Source of the DNA: Gemmatimonadales bacterium
Lineage (GTDB): Bacteria > Gemmatimonadota > Gemmatimonadetes > Gemmatimonadales > GWC2-71-9
Assembly (NCBI GenBank): GCA_041613315.1
Contig: JBFJHJ010000001.1
Coordinates: 74,152 to 138,151 of the forward strand
Direction of reading: 5' to 3'
Length of the DNA: 64,000 nt
Shown: in pieces, positions 31,578-41,381 of the stretch
Numbering within the stretch: the first letter of the stretch is position 1
Layout of the letters: each line of letters begins with the position of its first letter
Program-made: the position numbers and the translations under genes
Notes under the pieces: generated by a model
Told to the model about the DNA's origin: nothing
The model's input: the letters and a program-made list of their open reading frames with translations, nothing else
The model's database searches: none

Positions 31578-32996
31578 GTGACCGATCAGCATTACCGCGG
31601 ACCCAACTGGTGGCCGTTGGCCCTCGTGTGGGACGGTCTTCACCGCTCGGGCGTCCGCCATGTCACGGCGGTCTGGCTGCTCCTCGGCGGTCTCGCGGTG
31701 CTCAGCGCCGTCCTCGAAGCACGGTTGGGGTGGAGCGGGATGCCGATCCGGCTCGGCTCGCTCACGATCGGGTTCAGCGTCTATCCCCCGATCTTCCCCG
31801 CGATCCTGCTCGCCATCTGGATCGGCCCCATGTGGGGGGTCGTACCTGCCTACCTTGCGACCCTGGTGAGCGGGCTGGTCGGCGGCATGTCCCTCGAAGT
31901 GGCGGCGTTGTTCGCCTTGGCCACGCCGCTCGAGGTGATGATCGTCTGGGGATCGATGGTCACGCTCAACATCCATCCGGACTTGGACCGCTCGAGCGAC
32001 TTCTGGCAGTACCTCATCGTCGTGCTGATGGCCGCCACGGCGTCCTCCCTCGCCGTGCTCATCTGGAATCAGACGCGTCAACTCGACCTCGCGCAGGGGC
32101 GTCTGGTCTGGGAGGGGTGGGTGATCGGGGACTTCCTCCAGCTCGCCGTACTCGTGCCGCCGACTCTGCATTTCCTCGGCGGGCCGGTGCGGCGGCTGGT
32201 GGATCGCAAATTCGGTGTTCCGCCCCGTCACGAGTTCAGTTACACGCGAAGCGTCGTGCTCGTGGTCATCCTCCTGGGGATGCTGGGCGCCATGGTATTC
32301 CAGGGCGTAGGGATGATCGTGGAGGCGCTGGAGGAGTCACTGCCGGTCCTGACCGCGCAGGGGGCGACGCTGTTGGAGCGGCTGGCCGAGGTCGGCCTGT
32401 TCTTGGGGCTCCTGTTCACGGTGTCGCTGCTCGCCACGTTTCTCTTCAGCTCGTCACTCGCGCGCATCAGCGAGCGCGAGCGCACCGAGGGGCTTCGGGA
32501 CACGCTCACCGGCTGCTTCAACCGCCGGGCGTTCCGCGAGCTGTTCCAGAAGGAAGCGGAGCGCAGCCGGCGGTTGGGGCAAGGCATCGCGGTCATCTTC
32601 TTCGACGTGGATCACTTCAAACAGATCAACGATGAGTTCGGGCACGAGATGGGCGACGAGGTTCTGCGTCGGCTCCCCCGCCGCGTCCGCGGCGTCATGC
32701 GCGAGCACGACCTCCTGTTCCGCTGGGGCGGGGAAGAGTTCGTGGCGTTGCTGCCGCACACGGGGGCGGCGGACGCCGAATTCCTCGCGGAGCGGATCCG
32801 GCGGGCCGTGGCAGAGACGCCGCTCGTCACGCACGGCGTCGCCCGACCCGTCGGCGTAACGCTCAGCCTGGGCACCGCCGGGACCGAGGAGTACCCGGCA
32901 TCCCCCGACCTTCTCATCGCGCGCGCGGACCGGGCATCGTACGTCGCGAAGCACGAGGGGCGAAACCGGGTGGCCACGTTCGCGGCCGCCAGCTGA
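31578..32996 (+). CDS. membrane-bound diguanylate cyclase (multi-TM sensor plus GGDEF)
   Basis: About 8 TM segments then DTLTG..NRR, FDVDHFKQIND, RxxD I-site (REHD), WGGEEF, KHEGRNRV; start uncertain. Confidence 0.85.
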   Translation: MTDQHYRGPNWWPLALVWDGLHRSGVRHVTAVWLLLGGLAVLSAVLEARLGWSGMPIRLGSLTIGFSVYPPIFPAILLAIWIGPMWGVVPAYLATLVSGLVGGMSLEVAALFALATPLEVMIVWGSMVTLNIHPDLDRSSDFWQYLIVVLMAATASSLAVLIWNQTRQLDLAQGRLVWEGWVIGDFLQLAVLVPPTLHFLGGPVRRLVDRKFGVPPRHEFSYTRSVVLVVILLGMLGAMVFQGVGMIVEALEESLPVLTAQGATLLERLAEVGLFLGLLFTVSLLATFLFSSSLARISERERTEGLRDTLTGCFNRRAFRELFQKEAERSRRLGQGIAVIFFDVDHFKQINDEFGHEMGDEVLRRLPRRVRGVMREHDLLFRWGGEEFVALLPHTGAADAEFLAERIRRAVAETPLVTHGVARPVGVTLSLGTAGTEEYPASPDLLIARADRASYVAKHEGRNRVATFAAAS

Positions 32997-33005
32997 GTCG
33001 CGCTG

Positions 33006-33749
33006 GTGGCGCGGTTCCACGATCACTTCTCGCGGCGCGCCGCGGTGTACGCCCGATACCGCCCACACTACCCACCCGAGCTGTTCCACTACCTCGCCGG
33101 GCTCCTCCTACGTCACCGCCAGGCATGGGACTGCGGCACCGGTAACGGCCAGGCCGCCGTCGGGCTCACGGCCATGTTTGAGCGCGTTGTGGCGACCGAT
33201 GCCAGTCTCCGGCAGCTTGCCCATCGCGAACGCGGCGGCGCCGTGCAGTTCGCCGTCGCCCTGGCGGAGGCGCCGCCGATTCGCGACCGGTCGGTAGACC
33301 TTGTCACGGCAGCCCAGGCGCTGCACTGGTTTGATGTGGACGGATTCTATCGGGAGGTGCAGCGGGTCGTGGTACCGGGAGGCGTGCTGGCCGTCTGGGG
33401 GTACGTCCGCTGCGACGTGGCCCCAGAGATCGACGCGATCGTGGGGCGGTTCTATACCGACACGTTGGGAGGGTATTGGCCCCCGGGTCGCCGTTACGTT
33501 GAAGAGCGCTACCGCACCATCGCCTTTCCGTTCGATGAGATCGCCGCACCCGACTTCTCGATGCGCGCCCAGTGGACGTTGGGCGAGTTCCTGGGATATC
33601 TGGGGACGTGGTCTGCGGTCCAGCGGTACGTCGCCGCCACCGGCACCGACCCGGTCGCCGCCCTCACGCCGGAGTTGACCGAGCGCTGGGGCGGAGCCTC
33701 GAGACCGGTCACGTGGCCCCTGGCGCTGCGCGTCGGCATCGTGCGTTAG
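33006..33749 (+). CDS. class I SAM-dependent methyltransferase
   Basis: FHDHFS..A..YARYRPHYP, WDCGTGNGQ, AQALHWF. Confidence 0.88.
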   Translation: MARFHDHFSRRAAVYARYRPHYPPELFHYLAGLLLRHRQAWDCGTGNGQAAVGLTAMFERVVATDASLRQLAHRERGGAVQFAVALAEAPPIRDRSVDLVTAAQALHWFDVDGFYREVQRVVVPGGVLAVWGYVRCDVAPEIDAIVGRFYTDTLGGYWPPGRRYVEERYRTIAFPFDEIAAPDFSMRAQWTLGEFLGYLGTWSAVQRYVAATGTDPVAALTPELTERWGGASRPVTWPLALRVGIVR

Positions 33750-33843
33750 GTTTCCTGGGAGGGCGGCGGCGCTCGGCGCCCGCGCCGCGGCCAGCGCTCA
33801 CCGACCGACCGTCCCCACGAGGCCTTGCGCGAGGACTGCTGAC

Positions 33844-34335
33844 GTGGCGTGGCTTGTCGCTCTGGTCATTCTCCTGGCGGTGCTGTGGCTGCTCGTCATC
33901 TGGGGTCGCCGGTCCCCGCAGCCGCCGCAGGGAGCGACCCCGCCCGTGGGGTGGTACCCGGAGACCTACGATCTCGACAACGCGGCCCATGTCGCGCTGA
34001 TGGACGCCATTCGGCAGCGATATGCCGACGCCCTGCGCGATCCGTCCGGGGAATTCGCGGAGCTGGCGTACAAACCCGCCTCGCTCCTGCCGCACCCGAA
34101 GCAGGAGATCCGCAAAGCCCTGACCGCCCTGCTGGACTACGCCCGCGACCAGCGGTCCTCGCGTTACCTCCATCCGCGCATTCGCCGCCCCGCGGTGATC
34201 GACACCCTGGAAGCGTCGCTGCTTCAGCTCGACACGTTCCTTGACATCCCGGCCGCGGACATACCCCGCGAGGCGACGGCGAACGTCGCGTTCGGGTTCC
34301 GTCACGCCCGCGGAGGCCCGAGCGCGGCGGGGTGA
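33844..34335 (+). CDS. hypothetical protein with N-terminal TM anchor
   Basis: GAGGA upstream, hydrophobic N-terminus, GC3-rich codons. Confidence 0.55.
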   Translation: MAWLVALVILLAVLWLLVIWGRRSPQPPQGATPPVGWYPETYDLDNAAHVALMDAIRQRYADALRDPSGEFAELAYKPASLLPHPKQEIRKALTALLDYARDQRSSRYLHPRIRRPAVIDTLEASLLQLDTFLDIPAADIPREATANVAFGFRHARGGPSAAG

Positions 34336-34459
34336 GGGCCTGGCGGTACGACTGGCGTCCGGCCACGACGGAGCACAATCTTGGTGGACACGTCCGCCCT
34401 TCGCCCCACATGAGCCGACGCGAGTTCGCCGCGACGATCCGGGAAGGCCAAGGAGGAGG

Positions 34460-35167
34460 GTGACCCGCCCGTTCGATTTCGACGCCGATTACGGCCGCGA
34501 CTATGACCGGATCATCCGGCGGGTCTTTCCGGCGTACGACGAGCTCTTTCCCATCGCACTGGCGATGCTCGCGGCGACCCTGCCCGAGGAGGCGCACCTG
34601 CTCATTGTCGGTGCGGGGACCGGCAAGGAGATCGGCACGTTTGCCGCACGACGCCCCGGGTGGCGGTTTACCGGCGTGGATCCCTCCGCGCAGATGATCG
34701 CGCAGGCGGCGGCGCGGGCGCGCGCCGCGGGCATCGAGCGGCGCGTGACGCTCCACGAGGGCTATGTGGCGGCCCTCCCGACCGACCGACGGTTCGATGC
34801 CGCCGCCATGGTGTGCGTGATGCACTTCATGTCGGACGACGGGGGGAAGCGCGCGCTGCTCGACGACATTGCGGCGCGCCTCACGCCCGGCGCGCCTTTC
34901 ATCGTGGTGGACGCGTGCGGCCAGGAGGGCTCACCGGAGCTGGAACGGATGATGGCCGCGTGGATGTGGTACGTCCGCGACCAGGGGCTCACGACGGAGG
35001 ATCAGCGGGCGTACGAGCAGCAGGTGCGCCGCGGGGTGCATCCGGTGTCCGAGTCCCGGATGCTGACGCTGTTCGAGGAAGCGGGCTTCACGACGCCGAC
35101 GCGGTTCTTTTCGGCCTTCGTGTTCGCTGGCTGGATGGCGCGGCGTGGCGCCGAGGGCCGGGACTAG
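34460..35167 (+). CDS. class I SAM-dependent methyltransferase (CmoA-like)
   Basis: AGGAGG SD before GTG; YD..I....P.Y, VGAGTGKE, GVDPS..M, VMHF. Confidence 0.82.
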   Translation: MTRPFDFDADYGRDYDRIIRRVFPAYDELFPIALAMLAATLPEEAHLLIVGAGTGKEIGTFAARRPGWRFTGVDPSAQMIAQAAARARAAGIERRVTLHEGYVAALPTDRRFDAAAMVCVMHFMSDDGGKRALLDDIAARLTPGAPFIVVDACGQEGSPELERMMAAWMWYVRDQGLTTEDQRAYEQQVRRGVHPVSESRMLTLFEEAGFTTPTRFFSAFVFAGWMARRGAEGRD

Positions 35168-35279
35168 CGGTTGCCGTGTCCTTCTTTCCTTATTATAGGA
35201 GTGGCCCGCGCCAATCCCCCGGGACTGACGGCGATCGTGTGGCTGCGGCCGACGCCGCTCGAGGCGCGCATCTGGTGCG

Positions 35280-35582
35280 ATGGCGGCTCGCCTTGCCCTC
35301 CCGGGGACAGAGGTCTATATCGCCTTTTCAGGGGCGGGCCCTGACCCTGTCGTGCGGAGCGCCTCCGTGCCCATGGCCGGCGAGTGGGCGATGGCGCAGC
35401 TCGTCGGGTTGGTGAGGCAGCGCGTGCGTGGGCTCCGGCACCGACCGAGCCCGCACGCGCCGGAGTTGGCAGAGGGGGAGACCCCCACCCCGCTGCACGT
35501 GTTGGCCGACCAACCCGACATCGGTATCCTGATCAAACCCGATGAAGGAACCTGGATCTCCCTCGTCCAGCGCATCAGCTGA
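35280..35582 (+). CDS. hypothetical protein
   Basis: Only plausible ORF filling the gap before rho; no recognisable motif, start uncertain. Confidence 0.35.
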   Translation: MAARLALPGTEVYIAFSGAGPDPVVRSASVPMAGEWAMAQLVGLVRQRVRGLRHRPSPHAPELAEGETPTPLHVLADQPDIGILIKPDEGTWISLVQRIS

Positions 35583-35683
35583 CCGTCCCCAATACGTGGC
35601 GGCGTGAATGACCAGAGAGGAGCGATGAGCGACATCCTGACCGCCGCCGAGCCCATTGGGCCGTCTCGCACGTGTCCGGCGCC

Positions 35684-36820
35684 ATGAGCGACTCTCTGGG
35701 CGTCCTGGAACTCACCGGCAAGGGCGCCGGCTTCGTGCGGCGTCGCCAGACGGGTTACAGCGCTGCGAGAGGCGACATTCACGTCGGCCAGAAACTGGTG
35801 AGCCGCTATGGGCTGCGGACCGGCGACGAGATCGCGGGCGCGGTCGGGAAGCCGCCCGGGCGCGGCAAGAGCCCGCCGCTCACCTCGATCACGGCCGTGA
35901 ACGGACGACCGCCGGAGGCGCTGGACCACCGCCCCGAGTTCGGCCGCCTGCGCTCGATCCATCCCGAGGAGCAGCTTATCCTCGACTGCGATCTGCGGCG
36001 ATACGGCGCTCCCGACTTCACGAATCGCATCATCGATCTGCTGTGTCCCTTCGGGAAGGGGCAGCGGGCGATGATCGTGGCGCCCGCCAAGGCGGGGAAG
36101 ACCATGGTGCTCCAGGCGGTGGCCGAAGGAATCGTCAAGAACCACCCCGACGCTCCCCTGTTCATCCTGCTGGTGGACGAACGGCCCGAGGAAGTCACGG
36201 AGATGGAGATGTGCGGCTTCGGCGAGGTCGTCGCGTCGAGCTTCGATCAACCGGCGGAGCGGCACATCGCGGTGGCGGAACTGACGCTCGAGCGGGCGCG
36301 CCGGCGCGTGGAGCTGGGAGACAATGTGGTCATCGTACTGGACTCGATCACGCGACTGGCGCGCGCGTACAACACCGTGGAGAAGGGCAGTGGACGCACG
36401 CTGTCCGGGGGCCTCGATGCCCAGACCATGGAGAAACCGAAGCGGTTCCTCGGCTCCGCCCGGACGGTGGATGCGAAGCACGGCGGGGGGTCGCTCACCA
36501 TCATCGGCACGGCGTTGGTGGATACCGGGTCTCGGATGGACCAGGTCATTTTCGAGGAGTTCAAGGGCACGGGGAACAGCGAGCTGGTGTTGAGCCGGGA
36601 GCTTGCCGAACGGCGCATCTTCCCCGCGATCGATCTCAACGCGAGTGCCACACGCCGGGAAGAGTTGCTCCTGCGGCCGGACATCCTGCAGGCCTCCCAG
36701 ACACTGCGCAACATGCTGGCCCCCATGCCGTCCGCCGATGCGATGACGTATCTGCAGGATCTGATGAAACGCGCGGCTTCCACAGAGGAGCTCATCAAGT
36801 CCATCATGGACGACCGCTAA
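35684..36820 (+). CDS. rho: transcription termination factor Rho, short form lacking the N-terminal helical bundle
   Basis: Begins at the OB-fold (GVLE...GFVR, GLRTGD); P.GKGQR..IVAPAKAGKT, DERPEEVT, DSITRLARAYN, EEFKGTGNSE, TRREELL. Confidence 0.92.
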   Translation: MSDSLGVLELTGKGAGFVRRRQTGYSAARGDIHVGQKLVSRYGLRTGDEIAGAVGKPPGRGKSPPLTSITAVNGRPPEALDHRPEFGRLRSIHPEEQLILDCDLRRYGAPDFTNRIIDLLCPFGKGQRAMIVAPAKAGKTMVLQAVAEGIVKNHPDAPLFILLVDERPEEVTEMEMCGFGEVVASSFDQPAERHIAVAELTLERARRRVELGDNVVIVLDSITRLARAYNTVEKGSGRTLSGGLDAQTMEKPKRFLGSARTVDAKHGGGSLTIIGTALVDTGSRMDQVIFEEFKGTGNSELVLSRELAERRIFPAIDLNASATRREELLLRPDILQASQTLRNMLAPMPSADAMTYLQDLMKRAASTEELIKSIMDDR

Positions 36821-36824
36821 AGAC

Positions 36825-37328
36825 ATGGCGTCCCAGGCATCGTTCGACGTCTCGACGGGGGCCGACCTCCAGGAGGTGGATAACGCGGTCAACCAAGCCA
36901 GGAAGGAGGTTGCCCAGCGCTACGACTTCAAGGGCACCACGTGCACGATCGACTTCGATCGGGACAAGGCCGACCTGACGCTTGAGGCCGACGACGACTT
37001 CCGGCTGAAGGCGCTGTTCGACGTGCTGCAGGGTAAACTGATCAAACGCGGCGTGCCGTTGAAGAACGTCACGATGGGCACCCCGGAACCCGCGGCGGGC
37101 GGCCGGATGCGCCGGGCCCTGACCCTGACCCAGGGGATTCCCGCGGACACGGTGCGGGAGATCGTGAAAGCGGTCAAGGCGCAGGGCTTCAAGAAGGTCC
37201 AGGTCGCGATCCAGGGGGACGAGCTCCGCGTCTCCAGTTCCTCGAAGGACGCTCTCCAGAACGTGATCGCCTTCCTCCGGAGCCAGGACTTCGGCGTCGA
37301 GCTCCGGTTCGGTAACTATCGCGGGTGA
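36825..37328 (+). CDS. yajQ: YajQ family nucleotide/c-di-GMP-binding protein
   Basis: SFDV....DLQEVDNAVNQA.KE...RYDFKG, QGDELRV, F.NYR. Confidence 0.92.
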   Translation: MASQASFDVSTGADLQEVDNAVNQARKEVAQRYDFKGTTCTIDFDRDKADLTLEADDDFRLKALFDVLQGKLIKRGVPLKNVTMGTPEPAAGGRMRRALTLTQGIPADTVREIVKAVKAQGFKKVQVAIQGDELRVSSSSKDALQNVIAFLRSQDFGVELRFGNYRG

Positions 37329-37334
37329 GACTCG

Positions 37335-37790
37335 ATGGAATACACGTACCAGATACACATCGCCGCGCCGATCGATACCGTGTTCGCCCTGCTGGACGAC
37401 GACGCGCAGCTCGCGCGCTGGATGGATGGACTCGAGGAGACGACGTACCCGGATGGGAAACACGACGCCAGCCGCGTGGGTACGAGGTTTCGGCAGCGCA
37501 TCCGCGAAGGCGGCCGCGTCGCGACGTATGACGGCGAAGTCACGGCGTACCGGAAGCCGCACCACCTCGGCGTCACCATCGGCAACCGGTCGTTCACGAT
37601 GCAGGTGGATTATCGGCTGACCGCGGCCGGTGGAGGAACGCAGCTGGACTACGCGGTGCGCATGATTCGCGGATCGTGGTTCTATCGGCTGATGGGGAAG
37701 CTGTTCGGGTGGCTGACGCGACGGATTCTCACGCGGCAGATGACGAAGCTCAAAGCGTGCGCCGAAGCCGACGTGCGAGCGGTGGGCTGA
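37335..37790 (+). CDS. SRPBCC/polyketide cyclase family protein
   Basis: I.IAAPIDTVF..L.D...L.RW, VGTRF, GGGTQL. Confidence 0.75.
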   Translation: MEYTYQIHIAAPIDTVFALLDDDAQLARWMDGLEETTYPDGKHDASRVGTRFRQRIREGGRVATYDGEVTAYRKPHHLGVTIGNRSFTMQVDYRLTAAGGGTQLDYAVRMIRGSWFYRLMGKLFGWLTRRILTRQMTKLKACAEADVRAVG

Positions 37791-37795
37791 GGGCC

Positions 37796-38055
37796 GTGCT
37801 CCACGTGAAAAATGGCGGTCACGCCGCGACGGCGATCCGTGCGGCCGGGCTGTCCGGGACGACCCTCGCCTGGATTGACGTTCTCCACGAAGGCCCCGCG
37901 CTTCCGGGCCTCTCCCCCCGGTGTTGGCCGGACGGCGCGACCGGATCTCGCTCAACGGCATCGATCGCTGGCTGGGCGGCGTGCATCTGAACGGCACGAC
38001 ACCCCCGTGTCGCTGGGACGGCACGACCGGGCGATTGGTGCGGGAACGAGCCTGA
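37796..38055 (+). pseudogene. internally deleted DUF1835-like gene relic
   Basis: N-terminus VLHVKNGGHAA...LAWIDVLHEGP joined out of frame at a C6 run (37914-37919) to the C-terminus VLAGRRDRISLNGIDRWLGGVHL...RWD...RLV; stop overlaps the next ATG (TGATG). Confidence 0.65.
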
Positions 38056-38579
38056 TGGGAGAAGCATCGTGGCCGCGCGCCGTGGCGGAGGACCTGCCAC
38101 CCGGCTTCCGCACGTACCTCGCGCTGGTACCCGACGGCGACGTCCTCCAGCTTTTGGACTCGCAGGCGCGCGAGACCGCCGACCTCCTCCGTGCGCTGGA
38201 CGACGCGCAGGCCCGCCGGCGGTACGCGCCCGGGAAGTGGAGCATCAAGCAGGTCGTGGGGCACGTGACGGACACGGAGCGCGTGTTCGCCTATCGGGCC
38301 CTCGCCTTCAGCCGTCACGACCCCAACCCCCTTCCGGGATTCGAGCAAGATGATTGGGTGGCGCAGGCCGGCTTCGACGTGCGCCGGGTCGATGCTCTGG
38401 CCGCAGAGTTCGAGACGGTGCGCGGCGCGACGCTGGCGCTCTTCCGGTCGTTCACCGCCGAGCAATTGACGCGTCGCGGTGAGGCGAACGGCGTGACGTT
38501 CGCGGTGCGCGGCATCCCGTACTTCTTGGCCGGCCACGAGCGCCACCACGTCAACGTGATCCGCGAGCGCTACCTCTGA
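38055..38579 (+). CDS. DinB family protein
   Basis: RYAPGKWSIKQVVGHVTDTERVF, LPGFEQD, GHERHH. Confidence 0.88.
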   Translation: MGEASWPRAVAEDLPPGFRTYLALVPDGDVLQLLDSQARETADLLRALDDAQARRRYAPGKWSIKQVVGHVTDTERVFAYRALAFSRHDPNPLPGFEQDDWVAQAGFDVRRVDALAAEFETVRGATLALFRSFTAEQLTRRGEANGVTFAVRGIPYFLAGHERHHVNVIRERYL

Positions 38580-38712
38580 CGATCGGCGGCGGCGCCGAGC
38601 CCGACGACGCGGTCTGCACCGTCAGCGCCCGGCGGTGGTAGCGCGAGTGACTCCCCGGCCGCGCCAGCCGTCCACCTTCTCCCCCTTACAGCCAGCCGGT
38701 AACTTCCGACCC

Positions 38713-39735
38713 ATGTCGTTCGAGGTGATCGCCTGGACGCGCGAGGGCGCGGTCCGGCTTCTGGACCAGACGCAACTGCCGGCGGCCGAGGTGTATCTCG
38801 AGCTCCGCAGCGTGCCGGAGATGGTGGAGGCGATCCGCCGGCTGCGGGTGCGAGGGGCGCCGCTCATCGGGATCGCGGCCGCGATGGGGCTTGCCGCCGC
38901 CGCCGAGCAGGCGGCGCGCCAGGGCGGATTCGCCGCCGGCTGGCTCGACGAGGCGGCGCGCGCGTTGGGCGAGGCGCGTCCGACCGCCGTCAACCTGCGC
39001 TGGGCCGTGGAGCAGGTGCGCCGGGTGGGGGAGCAGGCGCTCGAGGCGGGCGAGGCGCCGGCCAGGGTGGCGGCCCGGCTGCGCGACGAGGCCCAGCGCA
39101 TTTGGGACGAGGACGCGGCGATGTGTCGGGCGATCGGCGAGTACGGGGCCGCGTTGATCCCGGGCGGCGCCACGGTGCTCACCCACTGCAACGCCGGCAC
39201 GCTCGCTACCGGCGGGATCGGAACCGCTCTTGCGGCGGTCTACCGGGCGCACGCGCAAGGCAAGGCCGTGCGGGTCGTCTCGTGCGAGACCCGCCCGCTG
39301 CGGCAGGGTACGCGCCTCACGGCGTGGGAGCTCGCGCGGAACGGCGTGCCCGTCACCGCGATCACGGACAGCTCGGCCGCATCACTCATGGCCCGCGGCG
39401 AGATCGACCTGGTCCTGACGGGAGCGGACCGGATCGCCGCGAACGGCGATGTGGCGAACAAGATCGGAACGTACGCGCTCGCCGTGCTGGCGGACGCCCA
39501 TAGGATTCCGCTCTATGTCGCGGCTCCACGGAGCACGTTCGATCTCTCCCTCGCGCACGGTGGGCTGATCCCCATCGAGGAGCGCGCCGCTGAGGAGCTG
39601 GACGCCGCGCCTGGTGCCGAGGTCTACAATCCGGCGTTCGACGTCACGCCCGCCCCACTCGTGGCGGCGCTCGTGACCGACCGCGGGATCGCGAAGCCGC
39701 CCTACGGCGCGGCGATCCGGAGATTGTTTGGCTGA
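38713..39735 (+). CDS. mtnA: S-methyl-5-thioribose-1-phosphate isomerase
   Basis: LLDQT.LP, VRGAPLIG, RPTAVNL, THCNAG.LAT, ETRP..QG.RLT, GADRIAANGD.ANKIGT, NPAFDVTP. Confidence 0.93.
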   Translation: MSFEVIAWTREGAVRLLDQTQLPAAEVYLELRSVPEMVEAIRRLRVRGAPLIGIAAAMGLAAAAEQAARQGGFAAGWLDEAARALGEARPTAVNLRWAVEQVRRVGEQALEAGEAPARVAARLRDEAQRIWDEDAAMCRAIGEYGAALIPGGATVLTHCNAGTLATGGIGTALAAVYRAHAQGKAVRVVSCETRPLRQGTRLTAWELARNGVPVTAITDSSAASLMARGEIDLVLTGADRIAANGDVANKIGTYALAVLADAHRIPLYVAAPRSTFDLSLAHGGLIPIEERAAEELDAAPGAEVYNPAFDVTPAPLVAALVTDRGIAKPPYGAAIRRLFG

Positions 39736-39822
39736 GCGGCCGGCGGAGCCGCGATGGGGGCGGACGACGTCGGCGGGCGTTCCGGCCGCGGCTGCGCCTC
39801 GGCGGCGCGACGGGGTCCGGCG

Positions 39823-41301
39823 GTGAGCAGCGTGCTCGCCCTCGATCAGGGCACGACCGGCTCCACGGCGTTGGTGGTCGCGGATGACGGCCGCATTCTC
39901 GGCAAGGCGTACCGCGAGTTCACGCAGCACTTCCCGGCACCGGGGATGGTGGAGCACGACCCCGAGGAGATCTGGACGGTGACGCTGGCGACGGGCCGCG
40001 ACGCCGTGCGGGCCGCAGGCGAGACGCCGGCCGCCATCGGCATTACCAACCAGCGGGAGACCGTGGTCGTGTGGGACCGGGCGACGGGCCGGCCGCTCCA
40101 CCGGGCGCTCGTCTGGCAGGACCGGCGTACGGCGGCACGCTGCCGCGCGCTCCGGGCGGAGCTCGGGGACGAGTATCTGGCCGCCCGTACCGGCCTCGTG
40201 TGGGATCCCTACTTCTCCGGTACCAAGATCGAGTGGCTGCTGCGCGAGATACCTGGCCTTGCGACGGAGGCCGCGGCCGGGCGAGCGGTCTTCGGGACGA
40301 TCGACGCGTGGCTCGTGGCCCGACTCACCTCCGGCGAGGCGTTCGTCACCGATCACACCAACGCGTCCCGCACGCTCCTGTACAACCTGGAGCGGCGCGA
40401 CTGGGATCCCGAGTTGCTCGAGCTGTTCGGCGTGCCGCGCGAGAGCCTGCCGGCGATCCGCACGTCCAGCGAGGTCGTCAGCATGACCGATCCCGCCCAT
40501 CTCGGCGTGGCGATCCCGATTGCCGGGATCGCCGGCGACCAGCAGGCTGCGCTGTTCGGGCAGGGGTGTTGGGAGCCGGGACAGGCGAAGTGCACCTATG
40601 GGACGGGAGCGTTCCTGCTGATGGCGGTGGGGGCCCGTCCCCCGACCCGACGGACCGGGACCGGCGTGCTCACCACCGTCGCCTGCGACGCCGCCGGCCG
40701 GCCGGGCTACGCGCTCGAGGGGTCCATCTTCATCGCGGGGGCCGCGGTGCAATGGCTGCGGGACGGGCTCGGGATCATCGCGCAGGCGTCGGAGACCGAG
40801 CGCCTGGTGGCGAGCGTGCCAGATGCGGGTGGCGTGTACTTCGTGCCGGCGCTCGTCGGGCTGGGCGCCCCGCATTGGGAGGCGGACGCGCGCGGAACCA
40901 TCGTGGGGATCACCCGGGGGACGGGACGGGCGCACTTGGTCCGGGCGACGCTGGAGGCTATGGCGTACAGCACCCGCGATGTGGTGGAGGCCATGGCCGC
41001 CGCGTCCGGCGTCGCGCTCACCGAGTTCAAGGCCGATGGCGGCGCCGCCGCCAACGACTGGCTGATGCAGTTCCAGGCCGACACCCTCACGACCCGGGTC
41101 GCGCGGCCCGACGTGGTCGAGACCACCGCCATGGGCGCCGCGGGGCTCGCCGGGCTCGCCACCGGCGTCTGGCGAACCGGCGACGCGTTCCGCGCGAGCC
41201 GTACGTACCACTGGTTCGAGCCTCGCGCCCGCGCGGACGCCGACTACGAAGGATGGCGGCGGGCCGTCGAGGCGGCGCTGTTCTGGGCGCGGACCCGCTG
41301 A
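39823..41301 (+). CDS. glpK: glycerol kinase
   Basis: LDQGTTGS, VEHDP, GITNQRET, WQDRRT, TD.TNASRT, GDQQAALFGQ, KCTYGTG, YALEGS, GLGAPHW. Confidence 0.93.
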   Translation: MSSVLALDQGTTGSTALVVADDGRILGKAYREFTQHFPAPGMVEHDPEEIWTVTLATGRDAVRAAGETPAAIGITNQRETVVVWDRATGRPLHRALVWQDRRTAARCRALRAELGDEYLAARTGLVWDPYFSGTKIEWLLREIPGLATEAAAGRAVFGTIDAWLVARLTSGEAFVTDHTNASRTLLYNLERRDWDPELLELFGVPRESLPAIRTSSEVVSMTDPAHLGVAIPIAGIAGDQQAALFGQGCWEPGQAKCTYGTGAFLLMAVGARPPTRRTGTGVLTTVACDAAGRPGYALEGSIFIAGAAVQWLRDGLGIIAQASETERLVASVPDAGGVYFVPALVGLGAPHWEADARGTIVGITRGTGRAHLVRATLEAMAYSTRDVVEAMAAASGVALTEFKADGGAAANDWLMQFQADTLTTRVARPDVVETTAMGAAGLAGLATGVWRTGDAFRASRTYHWFEPRARADADYEGWRRAVEAALFWARTR

Positions 41302-41381
41302 CCCGCGCCGCTGCATGAAGCGAGGTTTACCCCATCATCACGGACTTTTCCCACTTGCGAGCGTAGGATATATTCACTGTC

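Noticed and set aside
35201..35344. Short GTG-started ORF (MARANPPGLTAIVWLRP...) after an AT-rich patch, possibly a frameshifted 5' part of the 35280-35582 ORF
   Set aside because: Neither piece has a recognisable motif, so a frameshift cannot be supported from sequence alone.
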